Below are positions 1-9,828 of a stretch of 64,000 bases of DNA, piece by piece. Each line of letters begins with the position of its first letter. Within the stretch, counting starts at the first letter, position 1. Position numbers and translations under genes: made by a program. The stretch covers positions 137,111 to 201,110 of the forward strand of contig JANNVX010000018.1 of assembly GCA_031414595.1 (NCBI GenBank), written 5' to 3'. The notes below the pieces were generated by a model, which was given only the letters and a program-made list of their open reading frames with translations, was not told the DNA's origin and searched no databases. This DNA is from Deinococcales bacterium (GTDB taxonomy: Bacteria; Deinococcota; Deinococci; Deinococcales; JAAFIG01).

Positions 1-2846
1 TGGACTTTTTGGATTTGCTGTTCTTGCAAGTAGACTCGAGCCATGCTTGTAATTGTTTCTTCTTTGATTTCATTTAGGGCTAAGTCCATTGCTGTTTGGT
101 ATTGCTTTAAGGCTTTTGGCAATTCTCCAAGCTCAAAATAGACATGCCCAATTCGTAAAATGCAATGAGCAGCCCGTAGGGTATTGCCTGTGTGCTGACA
201 AAGTGCAAGGTTATCCTGTCCTAGTTGTAAGGCTTCTTGGTATTGTCCAAGGGCGCGTAAAGTCTCTAGTTGACCGTTGCCAAGGGCTGTTAGCATTCGC
301 TGGTCGCCCAAGTTACGGACTTCTTTGGTGCTTGTTTTGAGAATAGCCAGCGATTCTTGGTATTTACCTTGGAATTGTAAAGCTGTAGCGAGGTTATTTT
401 GAACCGATTGTAAATTGCGTTGGTCACGAAGTTGAATTAGTAATTCCTCAGCTTCGAGCAATTCTTGTTCGGCGCGTGCGTACTCACCGTTTCGTCCTGC
501 CAGTATTGCCGCATGAATTGGGATTAACGACATGACCCGAATATTAGCGCCGCTTCGAGCCGCTTCTAAGGCGCTTTGGGCTTCTTCAAGTTTCCCAAGG
601 ATAGCAAGCACATCACAAAGTTGTAAGTAACTTATGGATTGTTCAAATTCATCGGCGGTTTTGCTTAATTGCACGGCTTTTTCGGCAAACTCAAGACCTT
701 CTAAGGCTCGAGAAGTACGAGAAAAGAGCATTGCCAATTGACGTAAACGAATCAGGTTTTGTTCATTTGATAATAATTCTGGTTGTGCCAAAGCAAATTC
801 GGATTCGGATTCTTTGAATAGCCCTAGATTGGCTTTGGCATGACCTCGTTGCAAAGCAAATTGTGCAGCTAATTCAGGTGGTAAATCTGAATGAGGGAGT
901 AAAGCCGATAATTCATTAAAACGATTGCACAGTACATGCAGTATTGTTAAGCCTTGAAGGGCAGAACTCAGCCTCTCAAATTGCTGGTTCTCGAGTGTCC
1001 AAGTCCAAGCAGCACGGGCATTGTGGTAAATCAAATCCACATGGCGTTTGGTCTCCAAGTAGGCTTCGAGGTCTTGAGTACGGTAACGTATGGGCAGTGC
1101 TTGTAGCAACTCAAAGTAGTGTGTGGCATGAGCCTGACGGGTTTGCCCTAAGCGCTCAGGATTTTGTGCAGCTTGCTCGAGTACAAATTGCCGCAGTAGC
1201 GGATGTAACTCAAGTCGTGTCTCAGTTAAACGCAATAAAGAGCGGTCTGTCAGAGCAACAATCGCAGCGCGGCTTGCCCCACTGACGGCTCGTGCCGAAG
1301 CCAAAGTAAATTCGCCCACAAAAACCGCCAAGGAAACCAGAGTTTGTTGTTCTGCACCCCCAAGTAAACGCCATGAAGAATCAAAAACCGCTCGAACGCT
1401 ATGATGTCGTGGATTGCGGTCTTTAACGGGTCGCTCGAGAAAATCTAAATCCAATTGAACTTCAGCAGCAATTTCTTCTAAGCTCATGTGCCGAATCCAA
1501 GAAGCTGCTAATTCTATGGCGAGTGGCGAACCTGCTAAGTGTTCGGTCAGAACCCCGATTTGCTGTTCAATTTTGGTATCTGGGTCAAAACTGGCTTTGA
1601 CCCTTATGGCACTTTGAATAAATAAAGTTTTAGCAGCTTCAAAACTCAAACCAGATAACTCGAGAATTTGTTCGCCTTGCAGTTGTAGCACACTGCGCGA
1701 AGTCGCCAGCAGCTTAATTTTTGCGGCGGCGCTCAGCAAACGCTGCACCCAATGTCCAATCTCGGGCAGATGCTCTAAGTTATCAAGTACCAACAAACAA
1801 TGTTTATCGCGTAAATAATCAAATAAAACCGTTTCGGCTTGACTGTTTGGTGGGGTTAAACCCAGTGCCAACAAAACACTTTGGCTTGGGTCGTCGGTGC
1901 TGCTGATGTTTTCAAAAGAAACCCAATACGCACCATCCACAAAATTATTCTGCCAAGTCCAAGCCGCCTCGAGTGCCAAACGGGTTTTGCCATTGCCACC
2001 AATGCCCAGAATCGTCAGTAAACGCCAATCGGTATCTGCAAAAAAATCGTGTAGCACAGTCAGTTCGGCTTCGCGCCCGACCAGTGGCACAGTTGGGGCT
2101 GGCAAGGGTGGGCGAATGGTTTTGACTGGGCTTGGTTTGGCTAAGTTGGCAATGATTTCTTTGGCTTCTGGGCTTGGTTCGGCTGCCAGTTCCTCGGCTA
2201 GAATTTGGCGGTAACGTTCAAACTGCTCTAAAGCCAAATGGTTTGCGCCTTGGGCGGCGTAATAGCCAATCAGACCAAGCTGGGCAATTTCGGAAGTTGG
2301 CTCGAGTTGTAAGTATTTTTTCCAAGCCAGTTCTGCGTGAGTCACATCCAAATTTGCCAGAGTTGCCAGAACTTGGGTTTGTAAACCAAGCAATTCTTGG
2401 CGATACGTCTCTGCCCAGTCCTCGTATAAATCTTCAGACATTGGCTGACCATCTATAAAATTGGCGGCTTCTAGGAGTTTGGCTGCGTCTTTATTGGCAA
2501 TACCTTCTCGAGCCAATGCCATAAAATCGCTCACATCAACACTTAGTCCGCCGATTGGCTCGAGTCGCACCACCCCAGAGACCAGTTTTGGCGCAACCAA
2601 ATCGCCCAAGGCTTTGCGTAAATTATATAGCGCGTTGTACAACTGCGCGGCGGCGGCTGTTGGGTCGAGGTCTGACCAAAGGTGTTCAATTAAGCTATCT
2701 CGGGTTAGTGCATGGCTAGGCTCGAGGGCTAAGAGTTTTAATAAACTACGCACTTTACGGCGAGGCAGGCTTTTGATGGCTTGCGGTTCGCCATGTAAGC
2801 GAATGGCAAACTGACCCATCACAGTAATCGAAAGCGCCTCGCGCAT
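1..2846 (-). CDS. SARP/AfsR-like regulator: winged helix + BTAD, NB-ARC-type ATPase, TPR (3' end outside window)
   Basis: Not in ORF track (runs off edge). Manual translation starts MREALSITVMGQFAIRLHGEP; Walker A region LLTILGIGGNGKTRLALE near 1965-2025; TAGAGT 7 nt before ATG. Confidence 0.85.
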   Translation of the reverse strand, partial: MREALSITVMGQFAIRLHGEPQAIKSLPRRKVRSLLKLLALEPSHALTRDSLIEHLWSDLDPTAAAAQLYNALYNLRKALGDLVAPKLVSGVVRLEPIGGLSVDVSDFMALAREGIANKDAAKLLEAANFIDGQPMSEDLYEDWAETYRQELLGLQTQVLATLANLDVTHAELAWKKYLQLEPTSEIAQLGLIGYYAAQGANHLALEQFERYRQILAEELAAEPSPEAKEIIANLAKPSPVKTIRPPLPAPTVPLVGREAELTVLHDFFADTDWRLLTILGIGGNGKTRLALEAAWTWQNNFVDGAYWVSFENISSTDDPSQSVLLALGLTPPNSQAETVLFDYLRDKHCLLVLDNLEHLPEIGHWVQRLLSAAAKIKLLATSRSVLQLQGEQILELSGLSFEAAKTLFIQSAIRVKASFDPDTKIEQQIGVLTEHLAGSPLAIELAASWIRHMSLEEIAAEVQLDLDFLERPVKDRNPRHHSVRAVFDSSWRLLGGAEQQTLVSLAVFVGEFTLASARAVSGASRAAIVALTDRSLLRLTETRLELHPLLRQFVLEQAAQNPERLGQTRQAHATHYFELLQALPIRYRTQDLEAYLETKRHVDLIYHNARAAWTWTLENQQFERLSSALQGLTILHVLCNRFNELSALLPHSDLPPELAAQFALQRGHAKANLGLFKESESEFALAQPELLSNEQNLIRLRQLAMLFSRTSRALEGLEFAEKAVQLSKTADEFEQSISYLQLCDVLAILGKLEEAQSALEAARSGANIRVMSLIPIHAAILAGRNGEYARAEQELLEAEELLIQLRDQRNLQSVQNNLATALQFQGKYQESLAILKTSTKEVRNLGDQRMLTALGNGQLETLRALGQYQEALQLGQDNLALCQHTGNTLRAAHCILRIGHVYFELGELPKALKQYQTAMDLALNEIKEETITSMARVYLQEQQIQKV

Positions 2847-2881
2847 TGTGTTTACTCTAGCAAATTTTGGTGTGCTGGGTT

Positions 2882-2922
2882 GCAAAAGCCAAACCCACAG
2901 GAAAAATCTTTGTGGGTTTGGC
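2882..2922 (-). terminator. Intrinsic terminator after globin gene
   Basis: GCCAAACCCACA/TGTGGGTTTGGC inverted repeat followed by TTTT on minus strand. Confidence 0.65.
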
Positions 2923-2935
2923 TCGAGCGGTGTGT

Positions 2936-3346
2936 CTAAGCTGGCTTCATGGTTTGCGCCAAAAGCCTATAAGCGGCTATCCATGCCTCACGCAGTTCTG
3001 GGGTGAAATCCTCGCCCATTGTGGCTTCAAGTGTCCAAATCAGGGCTTCGCCAACCGCGTTGTAATCTGTGTTTTTGACTTTGTATTCGGTTTTGTGCTT
3101 TGCCCCAAGTTCTTCTATTCCTTGCACATCTGGGCGCTCGAGATTCTGGACAATTGAACGCAGCATATCCAGTAGTTTCTGGCTTTGCTTGACCATATCG
3201 CCTTGGAACATCTGCTTAAAATGCGGTTGAAGGTCAAACAACCTCTGATAAAAAATCTCACCAAAGAACGTTTCAAAACTGGCTTCGCCGCTTGGGATGA
3301 GTTGGGCAAAACTGTTTTGCACCAATTGGATTTGAGTTGCGTTCAT
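2936..3346 (-). CDS. Single-domain globin (flavohaemoglobin-type globin domain)
   Basis: QIQLVQNSF, FYQRLF, P..KQMF (CD1 Phe), LGAKH (proximal His), Y.AVGEALIWTL, AW..AY; start moved to MNATQ. Confidence 0.9.
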   Translation of the reverse strand: MNATQIQLVQNSFAQLIPSGEASFETFFGEIFYQRLFDLQPHFKQMFQGDMVKQSQKLLDMLRSIVQNLERPDVQGIEELGAKHKTEYKVKNTDYNAVGEALIWTLEATMGEDFTPELREAWIAAYRLLAQTMKPA

Positions 3347-3396
3347 CAGCTTACCTTCTTGCCAACATAATGGTTGCCTACCGACCGAGGTGGAGT

Positions 3397-5391
3397 TCAA
3401 AGGGCGAAATTGGTGTTATCCACCGCCGATGGTGCGGTTGCGCCTGTTGTGGTTGCCCCGTCACCAAGTTGCCCACTGGCATCTGCCCCCCAACAATACG
3501 CCATTCCAGCCGTAGTCACACCGCAGCTATGCAAACTCCCGGCTGTCAGACTCGAGTATGTGTATCCATTCGCCACCGCCGATGGTGCGGTTGCGCCTGT
3601 GGTGGTTGAAGCATCGCCAAGTTGCCCATCGGCATCTGCCCCCCAGCAATAGGCTTGTCCATTGGTGGTCAGAGCGCAGTTGTGGTCAGCGCCAGCCTCA
3701 ATGCTCGAGAATGTAAGCCCACCATCCACCGCCGATGGCGCAACAAAAATTCCAGTCAGCGCACCATTGCCAAGTTGTCCACTGAAATCATTTCCCCAGC
3801 AATACGCCGTTCCAGCCGTGGTCACACCGCAACTATGCGTACCGCCTGCTGAAATACTCGAAAAGCTGTAGCCACCATCCACAGGCGAAGGTGTGGTGCT
3901 GGTAGAACCCGTGGCTGTAAGCGCATTATCGCCAAGTTGCCCAGCATTGTCACGTCCCCAACAATAGGCTTTTCCAACAAAGTTCAGACCGCAAGTATGG
4001 GATAGACCAGCCGAAATACCCGAGAATGTATGTCCGCCAGACACAAGTGAAGGCGTGGTGCTGGTAGAACCCGTGGCTGTGAGTGTATCATCGCCAAGTT
4101 GCCCAAATTCATCAAACCCCCAGCAATACGCCGCTCCAGCCGTGGTCACAGCGCAAGTATGCTCTCTTGCAGCCGAAATACTCGAGAATGTAAGTCCGCC
4201 AGACACAGGCGAAGGTGTGGTGGTGCTGTTGATTGCGCCATTGCCAAGTTGTCCTCTGAAATCATCTCCCCAGCAATACGCCGTTCCAGCCGTGGTCAGA
4301 GCGCAGGTATGGCGTAAACCAGCTGAAATACTCGAGAATGTATGTCCGCCAGACACAGGCGAAGGTGTGGTGGTGCTGATGATTGTGCCATCGCCAAGTT
4401 GCCCAAAAGTACCTTCTCCCCAGCAATACGCCTGTCCAGTGCTACCGATACCACAGCTATGCGAATTTCCAGCGCTGATTCGTCCTATTCCCAAGGCATG
4501 AATACTGGTGTTCAGCGTCGAGGTAAAGACATCATTTACGACATCAGAAGCCAAACTGGTTGTGCCACGATTCAGACCAAACTGCATCAAACGGCTGGCG
4601 CTCACACCTGTGCCACGGGTTTCGGCAGCCGTGATGCTCTCGCTGGGAAAAACACTGCGGGTTACTCGAGACACCGATTCATCAAATACCAAAAAGTTCA
4701 TCACAAAGCCATACGCCGAAGCAGATTTGGGAACACGCATCGCCACTTTTAAGACACCTGCTCCATTCACTGCAATCTGTCTGGAGTTAGCGACACATGC
4801 AGTTGTACAACGGGCATTAAATCCATAATTAAGGAGTGTATCTCCTGCCGTCATCGCACCGGCTGTGGTGGCAGCACTGGTTGCAGCCGCAACCTCGGCA
4901 CTGGTGAAGGCTTGGAAACCACCAAACGTATCTATTGCCAGATTGCTCAAAACAGGTGATACCGGTATGGCTAACTTGGCTTGGCGGGTTTGCTCGGCTT
5001 GATTGCTGATTCCACCCCAATTGGCGATGCTTTTGATAGCGGTGCCGCCCAAATTTCCACTTTTGGCAAGGGCATAAAGGGTGAGGTTTTGAAACACTTG
5101 ACTGCTCGAGGTGTTGGTTATTGCAAAAGAAGCAACCAAATAGGTGTACGCCGAATTGGTGGGCGTAATCACTTGGGTGATACCAGTACCAAGGGTTAAA
5201 TCGGTTTCTCGAAAGGTCACGGCTTGGGTTCTCAGTGGCTGTTCGAGTTTGGCGCTGGCATAACCATCTTGAGAGAAACGTACCTCGAGTACCCCCAAAA
5301 CTTCAGACGCATTGTTTGGGATTGAGGTTTGCTGACAAGCGGCTGCCCCAAGGCATAATGCACTTAGAAATAGAACCTGACGGTAATTCAT
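3397..5391 (-). CDS. RCC1/BLIP-II repeat lipoprotein
   Basis: Lipobox-like LGAAAC; seven ISAG..HxC...G.AYCWG....GQLG repeats in the C-terminal half. Confidence 0.9.
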   Translation of the reverse strand: MNYRQVLFLSALCLGAAACQQTSIPNNASEVLGVLEVRFSQDGYASAKLEQPLRTQAVTFRETDLTLGTGITQVITPTNSAYTYLVASFAITNTSSSQVFQNLTLYALAKSGNLGGTAIKSIANWGGISNQAEQTRQAKLAIPVSPVLSNLAIDTFGGFQAFTSAEVAAATSAATTAGAMTAGDTLLNYGFNARCTTACVANSRQIAVNGAGVLKVAMRVPKSASAYGFVMNFLVFDESVSRVTRSVFPSESITAAETRGTGVSASRLMQFGLNRGTTSLASDVVNDVFTSTLNTSIHALGIGRISAGNSHSCGIGSTGQAYCWGEGTFGQLGDGTIISTTTPSPVSGGHTFSSISAGLRHTCALTTAGTAYCWGDDFRGQLGNGAINSTTTPSPVSGGLTFSSISAAREHTCAVTTAGAAYCWGFDEFGQLGDDTLTATGSTSTTPSLVSGGHTFSGISAGLSHTCGLNFVGKAYCWGRDNAGQLGDNALTATGSTSTTPSPVDGGYSFSSISAGGTHSCGVTTAGTAYCWGNDFSGQLGNGALTGIFVAPSAVDGGLTFSSIEAGADHNCALTTNGQAYCWGADADGQLGDASTTTGATAPSAVANGYTYSSLTAGSLHSCGVTTAGMAYCWGADASGQLGDGATTTGATAPSAVDNTNFAL

Positions 5392-5534
5392 TTGTTGCTA
5401 CCTCCTTGTTCGATGATGGGGTCATCAAACAAACCATTGATTGGAATTGAAAGCCCAGTCAGCAAGGTGTAACTGGCGTGCTGCTCGAGACAAGGGGCTT
5501 GGTAGGGCTTGCGTTTAATATCTATCGGTTTCAT
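5388..5534 (-). CDS. 48-aa peptide with lasso-precursor-like leader motif
   Basis: MKPIDIKRKPYQAPCLEQHASYTLLTGLSIPINGLFDDPIIEQGGSNK; AAGGA RBS; ATGA overlap with the RCC1 gene start. Confidence 0.65.
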   Translation of the reverse strand: MKPIDIKRKPYQAPCLEQHASYTLLTGLSIPINGLFDDPIIEQGGSNK

Positions 5535-5576
5535 CGGTTTTTCCTTTTTATAACTGAATGAGGTCTTCAAGTTTGC

Positions 5577-5963
5577 TTATTCAAACCAATTGGTAACAAT
5601 GAACTGGCTTAAAAGCGGGTTTGCACTCAGCCAAGCCTCCTTGAGTTCTGTCTTAAAATCTTCCCCGAGCGTCATCTCGAGCGTCCAAAGCAGTGCCGAA
5701 GCAACGGCGGTTTTTTTGAGGTCATTCGGCGGGATGTGATGCAGTAAAAACGCGGCGGGTAGCTCGAGATACCCAATGATTAAACGAAGTAAGTTTAGTA
5801 ATTGCTGGGCTTGAAGGCTTATATCTGTACCAACAACTTCGGGTTGAAGATTCCGTAAACGCTGATAAAAAATTTCGCCAAACAGCACCTCGAGTGCTTC
5901 GTCTCCAATTGGCACAAGTTGCACAAAACTTTCTTGAACCAATTGGATTTGAGCCTGTGTCAT
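5577..5963 (-). CDS. Divergent globin paralogue
   Basis: QIQLVQESF, FGEIFYQRL, ALLWTLEMTLGEDF, EAW align with 2936..3346; CD1 and F-helix segments altered. Confidence 0.8.
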   Translation of the reverse strand: MTQAQIQLVQESFVQLVPIGDEALEVLFGEIFYQRLRNLQPEVVGTDISLQAQQLLNLLRLIIGYLELPAAFLLHHIPPNDLKKTAVASALLWTLEMTLGEDFKTELKEAWLSANPLLSQFIVTNWFE

Positions 5964-6013
5964 ACAATCCTTCGATAACCAAGGGGCAGAGAATTCTGCG
6001 CCGCTTAGAATTT

Positions 6014-6667
6014 TTAGTCGGGGATGTTAAACCGTGTCTTGATTTGTTCATAAGGCATGGATTTCCAATCAATTTTTGCCCCTGCTCCTGCCAAAGCCAC
6101 AACCCCAGGAATAATCACATACCGATACTCGAGACCTTGCGGAAAAGTAACCATCAGAGGTTGACCCGGGTAGGCTTCGGCAACACCACTATCAAAGCGG
6201 CAAGTTTTGAAAGTATGTCGAAAAACTTTGAGTTTACCTACTGTGTCAAGGGTGTAATGGATTTGGTTGGTTGCGCCACCTGCATCTGAGATATAAGGTA
6301 AGGCGAATGGTCCAATACCGCCAACTCGGAAATATACGACAATCATGGATTTGTTAATCACATCGGCAGTAAGGTCTGGTCTGGTTATTGATCGTAAACG
6401 TATACAAGTTCCGTCGGAAGTAATATTTGAAGCCGATGCGGTTGGGTCAGAAAACCAAGGGCTGTAACGAACATCACTTGGACCCGCAGGACCTGTTGGA
6501 CCCGTTGGACCTGTTGGACCCGTTGGACCTGTTTCGCCCGTTGGACCTTGTGGACCTGTTACACCAATCGGACCCGTGTCACCTTTTGGACCCGGAGTGC
6601 TATTACAAGAAACCATACCGCCAATTAAACTTGCCGAAATGAGTGCTAACGCAAAGAACTTTTTCAT
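6014..6667 (-). CDS. Collagen-like lipoprotein
   Basis: Signal peptide ending MVSC; Gly-X-Y run (GPT repeats); AAGGAG RBS. Confidence 0.85.
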   Translation of the reverse strand: MKKFFALALISASLIGGMVSCNSTPGPKGDTGPIGVTGPQGPTGETGPTGPTGPTGPTGPAGPSDVRYSPWFSDPTASASNITSDGTCIRLRSITRPDLTADVINKSMIVVYFRVGGIGPFALPYISDAGGATNQIHYTLDTVGKLKVFRHTFKTCRFDSGVAEAYPGQPLMVTFPQGLEYRYVIIPGVVALAGAGAKIDWKSMPYEQIKTRFNIPD

Positions 6668-7081
6668 ATTTTACTCCTTGGTGTTGAGCTTTAGGGCATC
6701 AACTGAAAATAGACTTAGACTTCTACCGAAACTGAAATTCCTAACCAGTGGTTATGCACTACATTGGGCGCGGGGCTTTGTTCATAACCACTCCTTAAGT
6801 TCGTTATTGCTGTGTACTCGAGCCTTGGGTCTTGCTTGCTCTTGAGAGACAGTATGCAAAACAACCCCTCTACAAAATCTCTACACGGTTTTTGGGCGTG
6901 TAGAGATTTTTATTGAAAGCTGTTCAGGACGGCGCTAATTGTTGTTACGGCTCGAGACTGATTGAGAAAGCACAAGATTTTTCTTGGTGTTTCGCGGCAG
7001 CTTTAGCTGGGGACTCGATAAATTGCAGTGCATTGGTCAGTGTCTCGAGCCTAAAACTTCTAAACTCTGGTCGTCTGGCAC

Positions 7082-7111
7082 TTGACAGGCTTGGTATACC
7101 ACTGATACTCT
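7082..7111 (+). promoter_or_regulatory. Putative sigma70-type promoter of the ilvB leader
   Basis: TTGACA at 7082-7087 with GATACT/TACTCT -10 candidates. Confidence 0.55.
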
Positions 7112-7120
7112 CTAACCAAG

Positions 7121-7180
7121 ATGCAAAATGCCTTGATTATTGTAGTGGTCGTAGCCCTAACCTCGGGGGTCGCGGCGTAG
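7121..7180 (+). CDS. ilvB leader peptide MQNALIIVVVVALTSGVAA
   Basis: 19 codons rich in Leu/Ile/Val directly before the attenuator hairpin. Confidence 0.85.
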   Translation: MQNALIIVVVVALTSGVAA

Positions 7181-7201
7181 TATCAGTTTGAAGCCAAGCG
7201 A

Positions 7202-7228
7202 CCCCCGCCAAAAGCGGGGGTTTTTTTT
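7202..7228 (+). terminator. ilvBN attenuator terminator
   Basis: CCCCCGC-caaaa-GCGGGGG plus T8; CGGGGGTCGC (7164-7173) can pair with GCGACCCCCG (7198-7207). Confidence 0.85.
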
Positions 7229-7285
7229 CACTCGAGAGAATAGTAAAAGTTAAAAGAAATTTTAAAAGTTCCACAGGAGAAAATC

Positions 7286-8983
7286 ATGACTGGTTCAGAA
7301 GCCCTCTTAAAAACCCTCGAAGCGCACGGTGTGCGGCATATCTTCGGGCATCCCGGCGGGGCAATCATGCCCGTCTACGATGCGCTCTACGACAGCCCAA
7401 TCCAGCATATCTTGGTGCGGCACGAACAAGGCGGAGGTCACGCTGCCGAAGGCTATGCAAGGGCGACAGGTGGACTAGGTGTTTGCATGGCAACTTCTGG
7501 ACCTGGCGCGACCAACCTTGTGACTGCTCTAGCCGACGCAATGCTGGATAGCCTGCCAATTCTAGCGATTACAGGAAATGTTCCAAGCCCACTTCTTGGC
7601 ACAGATGCGTTTCAAGAAGCCGATATTACGGGTATCACCATGCCGATTACCAAACACAATTTCTTGGTTCGTAATGCCGATGATGTCTCGAGAACTGTGG
7701 CAAAAGCCATTGCAATTGCGCTTGAGGGTCGCCCAGGTCCAGTGCTGGTGGATATTCCCAAAGATGTGCAACAAGCCCAAACCAATGCCGAAATTGTCCA
7801 GCCCCACGCCAAACCGCCACGTCTCGAGCCAAACCCAGAAATCATTGCCAAAGCGGTTGCCCTGATTAAAAGTGCCAAGCAACCGCTTTTAATTGTCGGC
7901 GGTGGTTCATGTGATGCCGCCCCGCAAATTCTCGAGTTTGCTAAAAAAACTGGAATGCCCGTGATTACCACTCTGATGGGACTTGGGAATTTTCCAGCCT
8001 CAGACCCACAGTGGCTTGGAATGCCCGGAATGCACGGTAGTGTTGCTAGTAACCGCGCCATTTCGCAGTGCGATGTGCTGATTGGACTTGGAATGCGTTT
8101 TGACGACCGTGTAACTGGTAAAACCAGCCGCTTTGCCAAGAACGCCCAAATTATTCATATAGATATAGATACTGCTGAACACAACAAACTGATTCCAGCC
8201 TTTATCCCGATTCACTCCGACAGTGCTGCCGCGCTCGAAGCCCTGACCCACCAAGTCACGCACCTCGAGACCCCAGAATGGTGGGAAAAACTACGCGACT
8301 GGCAAGCCCGTCAGCCCAAACGTCCAATATGGGGCGCAGCCGAAGCCATAAAAATGATTTCGAGCCAGTTAAACGGTAACGATATTGTGGTTTCAGATGT
8401 CGGGCAACACCAAATGCTGACCGCCCAACTTCATCCCTTCGAGCTTCCCCGCAAATGGAGCAATAGCGGTGGGGCTGGCACAATGGGATTCTGCCTTCCA
8501 GCCGCCATGGGTGCAGCCGTAGCCATTAACGCCCACGATGGTGGAGATGCCAAAGGTGTGCGGGTCATCGGCATTGCTGGCGACGGCTCGAGCCAAATGA
8601 CGATTCAAGAACTGGCAACGCTTCGTAAATACGATATTCCCGTGAAATTCGCCGTGATTAACAACGGTTACTTAGGTATGGTCAGACAATGGCAAGAAAT
8701 GTTCCACAGCAAGCGTTACTCCGAAGTGTATCTCGAGGACAGCAACCCAGATTTTCCGATTTTAGCCAGTGCTTACCGAATTCCCGGATTTGCCGCCGAT
8801 AACGCCGCCGATTTAGAAAAAGCCATTCGTTCATGGCTCGAGGTAGACGGACCCGCCGTTCTGGAGGTGCGAGTCCCACAAGAAGCCAATGTTTTCCCAA
8901 TGGTTCCTGCCGGCAAGGGCTTGGATGAAATGTTAGACGATGACCCGAAATTTAATGAACCCAAGGCACTTGTCCCAGCCTAA
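7286..8983 (+). CDS. ilvB: Acetolactate synthase large subunit
   Basis: FGHPGGA, RHEQGGGH, TSGPGATN, SDVGQHQM, GDG..QM..QEL..NN TPP motif. Confidence 0.97.
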   Translation: MTGSEALLKTLEAHGVRHIFGHPGGAIMPVYDALYDSPIQHILVRHEQGGGHAAEGYARATGGLGVCMATSGPGATNLVTALADAMLDSLPILAITGNVPSPLLGTDAFQEADITGITMPITKHNFLVRNADDVSRTVAKAIAIALEGRPGPVLVDIPKDVQQAQTNAEIVQPHAKPPRLEPNPEIIAKAVALIKSAKQPLLIVGGGSCDAAPQILEFAKKTGMPVITTLMGLGNFPASDPQWLGMPGMHGSVASNRAISQCDVLIGLGMRFDDRVTGKTSRFAKNAQIIHIDIDTAEHNKLIPAFIPIHSDSAAALEALTHQVTHLETPEWWEKLRDWQARQPKRPIWGAAEAIKMISSQLNGNDIVVSDVGQHQMLTAQLHPFELPRKWSNSGGAGTMGFCLPAAMGAAVAINAHDGGDAKGVRVIGIAGDGSSQMTIQELATLRKYDIPVKFAVINNGYLGMVRQWQEMFHSKRYSEVYLEDSNPDFPILASAYRIPGFAADNAADLEKAIRSWLEVDGPAVLEVRVPQEANVFPMVPAGKGLDEMLDDDPKFNEPKALVPA

Positions 8984-9004
8984 AAACCAAAGAACGATGT
9001 GTGG

Positions 9005-9033
9005 CAGGGCGAACACAGAGGTTCGCCCCTACG
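9005..9033. repeat. GTAG-type REP-like palindrome
   Basis: CAGGGCGAACacagagGTTCGCCCCTACG; near-identical copy at 18435. Confidence 0.75.
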
Positions 9034-9061
9034 AAAATTGACAATGTACAGGAGAGACCAA

Positions 9062-9613
9062 ATGAAACATATTTTTAGTGCCTTCCTTAAAGACGAACCC
9101 CGTGTTCTGACTCGAGTCACCAGCTTGTTTGCACGGCGTGGCTACAACATAGATTCACTTTCGGTCGGTGCAACTGAAGAACGCGGTATCTCGAGAATGA
9201 CCTTTATTGCCGAAGCCCCAGAGATTATGGCAGACCAAATTCAACGCCAGTTAGAAAAACTCGAGGATGTGCTTAAAGTCATTAACCACGCCCATGAAAA
9301 ATTTGTTGACCGTGAATTGGTGCTGTTAAAAGTAAAAGTCTTACCAGAAACACGGCTCGAGATTCGGATGATTGCCGAGGACTTCCGTGCGCGAAATGTG
9401 GATGTTGGTTCTAAATCCTATGTTTTTGAAGTGACTGGCGATGAAGGCAAAATCACGGCGTTTATACAGCAAATGCGTCCGTTTGGCATTATCGAAACCA
9501 TGCGAACAGGTCGTGTGGCACTGTCTCGAGGCAGCAATGCCGATATTTCCAGTCAGGTTTACGAAGGCATCAGCAACGCCTTAGAGCATCCACTTCATTC
9601 AGCTAAAGCCTAA
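9062..9613 (+). CDS. ilvN: Acetolactate synthase small subunit
   Basis: VLTRVTSLFARRGYNIDSLSVG, RELVLLKV, RTGRVAL; AGGAG RBS. Confidence 0.96.
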   Translation: MKHIFSAFLKDEPRVLTRVTSLFARRGYNIDSLSVGATEERGISRMTFIAEAPEIMADQIQRQLEKLEDVLKVINHAHEKFVDRELVLLKVKVLPETRLEIRMIAEDFRARNVDVGSKSYVFEVTGDEGKITAFIQQMRPFGIIETMRTGRVALSRGSNADISSQVYEGISNALEHPLHSAKA

Positions 9614-9642
9614 GCCCTCATTCAATTCCCGCAGGAGGTTTT

Positions 9643-9828
9643 ATGAATCAAGAATCGCTTCTCGAGCAAATCCAAGGCAGTGCCAGCAGTCTCCTCGAGA
9701 TAATTGCCGACTTAAAAGCAGGGGAGATGACTGCCCTGCAACGTCTGCAAACCCAAGTGCTGACTTTGAATGCAGAGACGCACCGCTTAGAGGCGGTTTT
9801 TGAAAGCCCGATTTACCTTGGTGGTTAA
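9643..9828 (+). CDS. Hypothetical protein
   Basis: AGGAGG RBS; stop overlaps next start. Confidence 0.55.
   Translation: MNQESLLEQIQGSASSLLEIIADLKAGEMTALQRLQTQVLTLNAETHRLEAVFESPIYLGG

Noticed and set aside
89-2814. Plus-strand ORFs in the track
   Set aside because: Antisense shadows of the long minus-strand regulator that the track omitted.
3400-4480. DNA repeats suggesting an array or DGR template
   Set aside because: They are in-frame RCC1 coding repeats; no reverse transcriptase in the window.
6759-6785. Micro-[11 protein letters not shown] with AAGGAG RBS (minus)
   Set aside because: Eight codons with no motif; cannot be told from chance or a relic.
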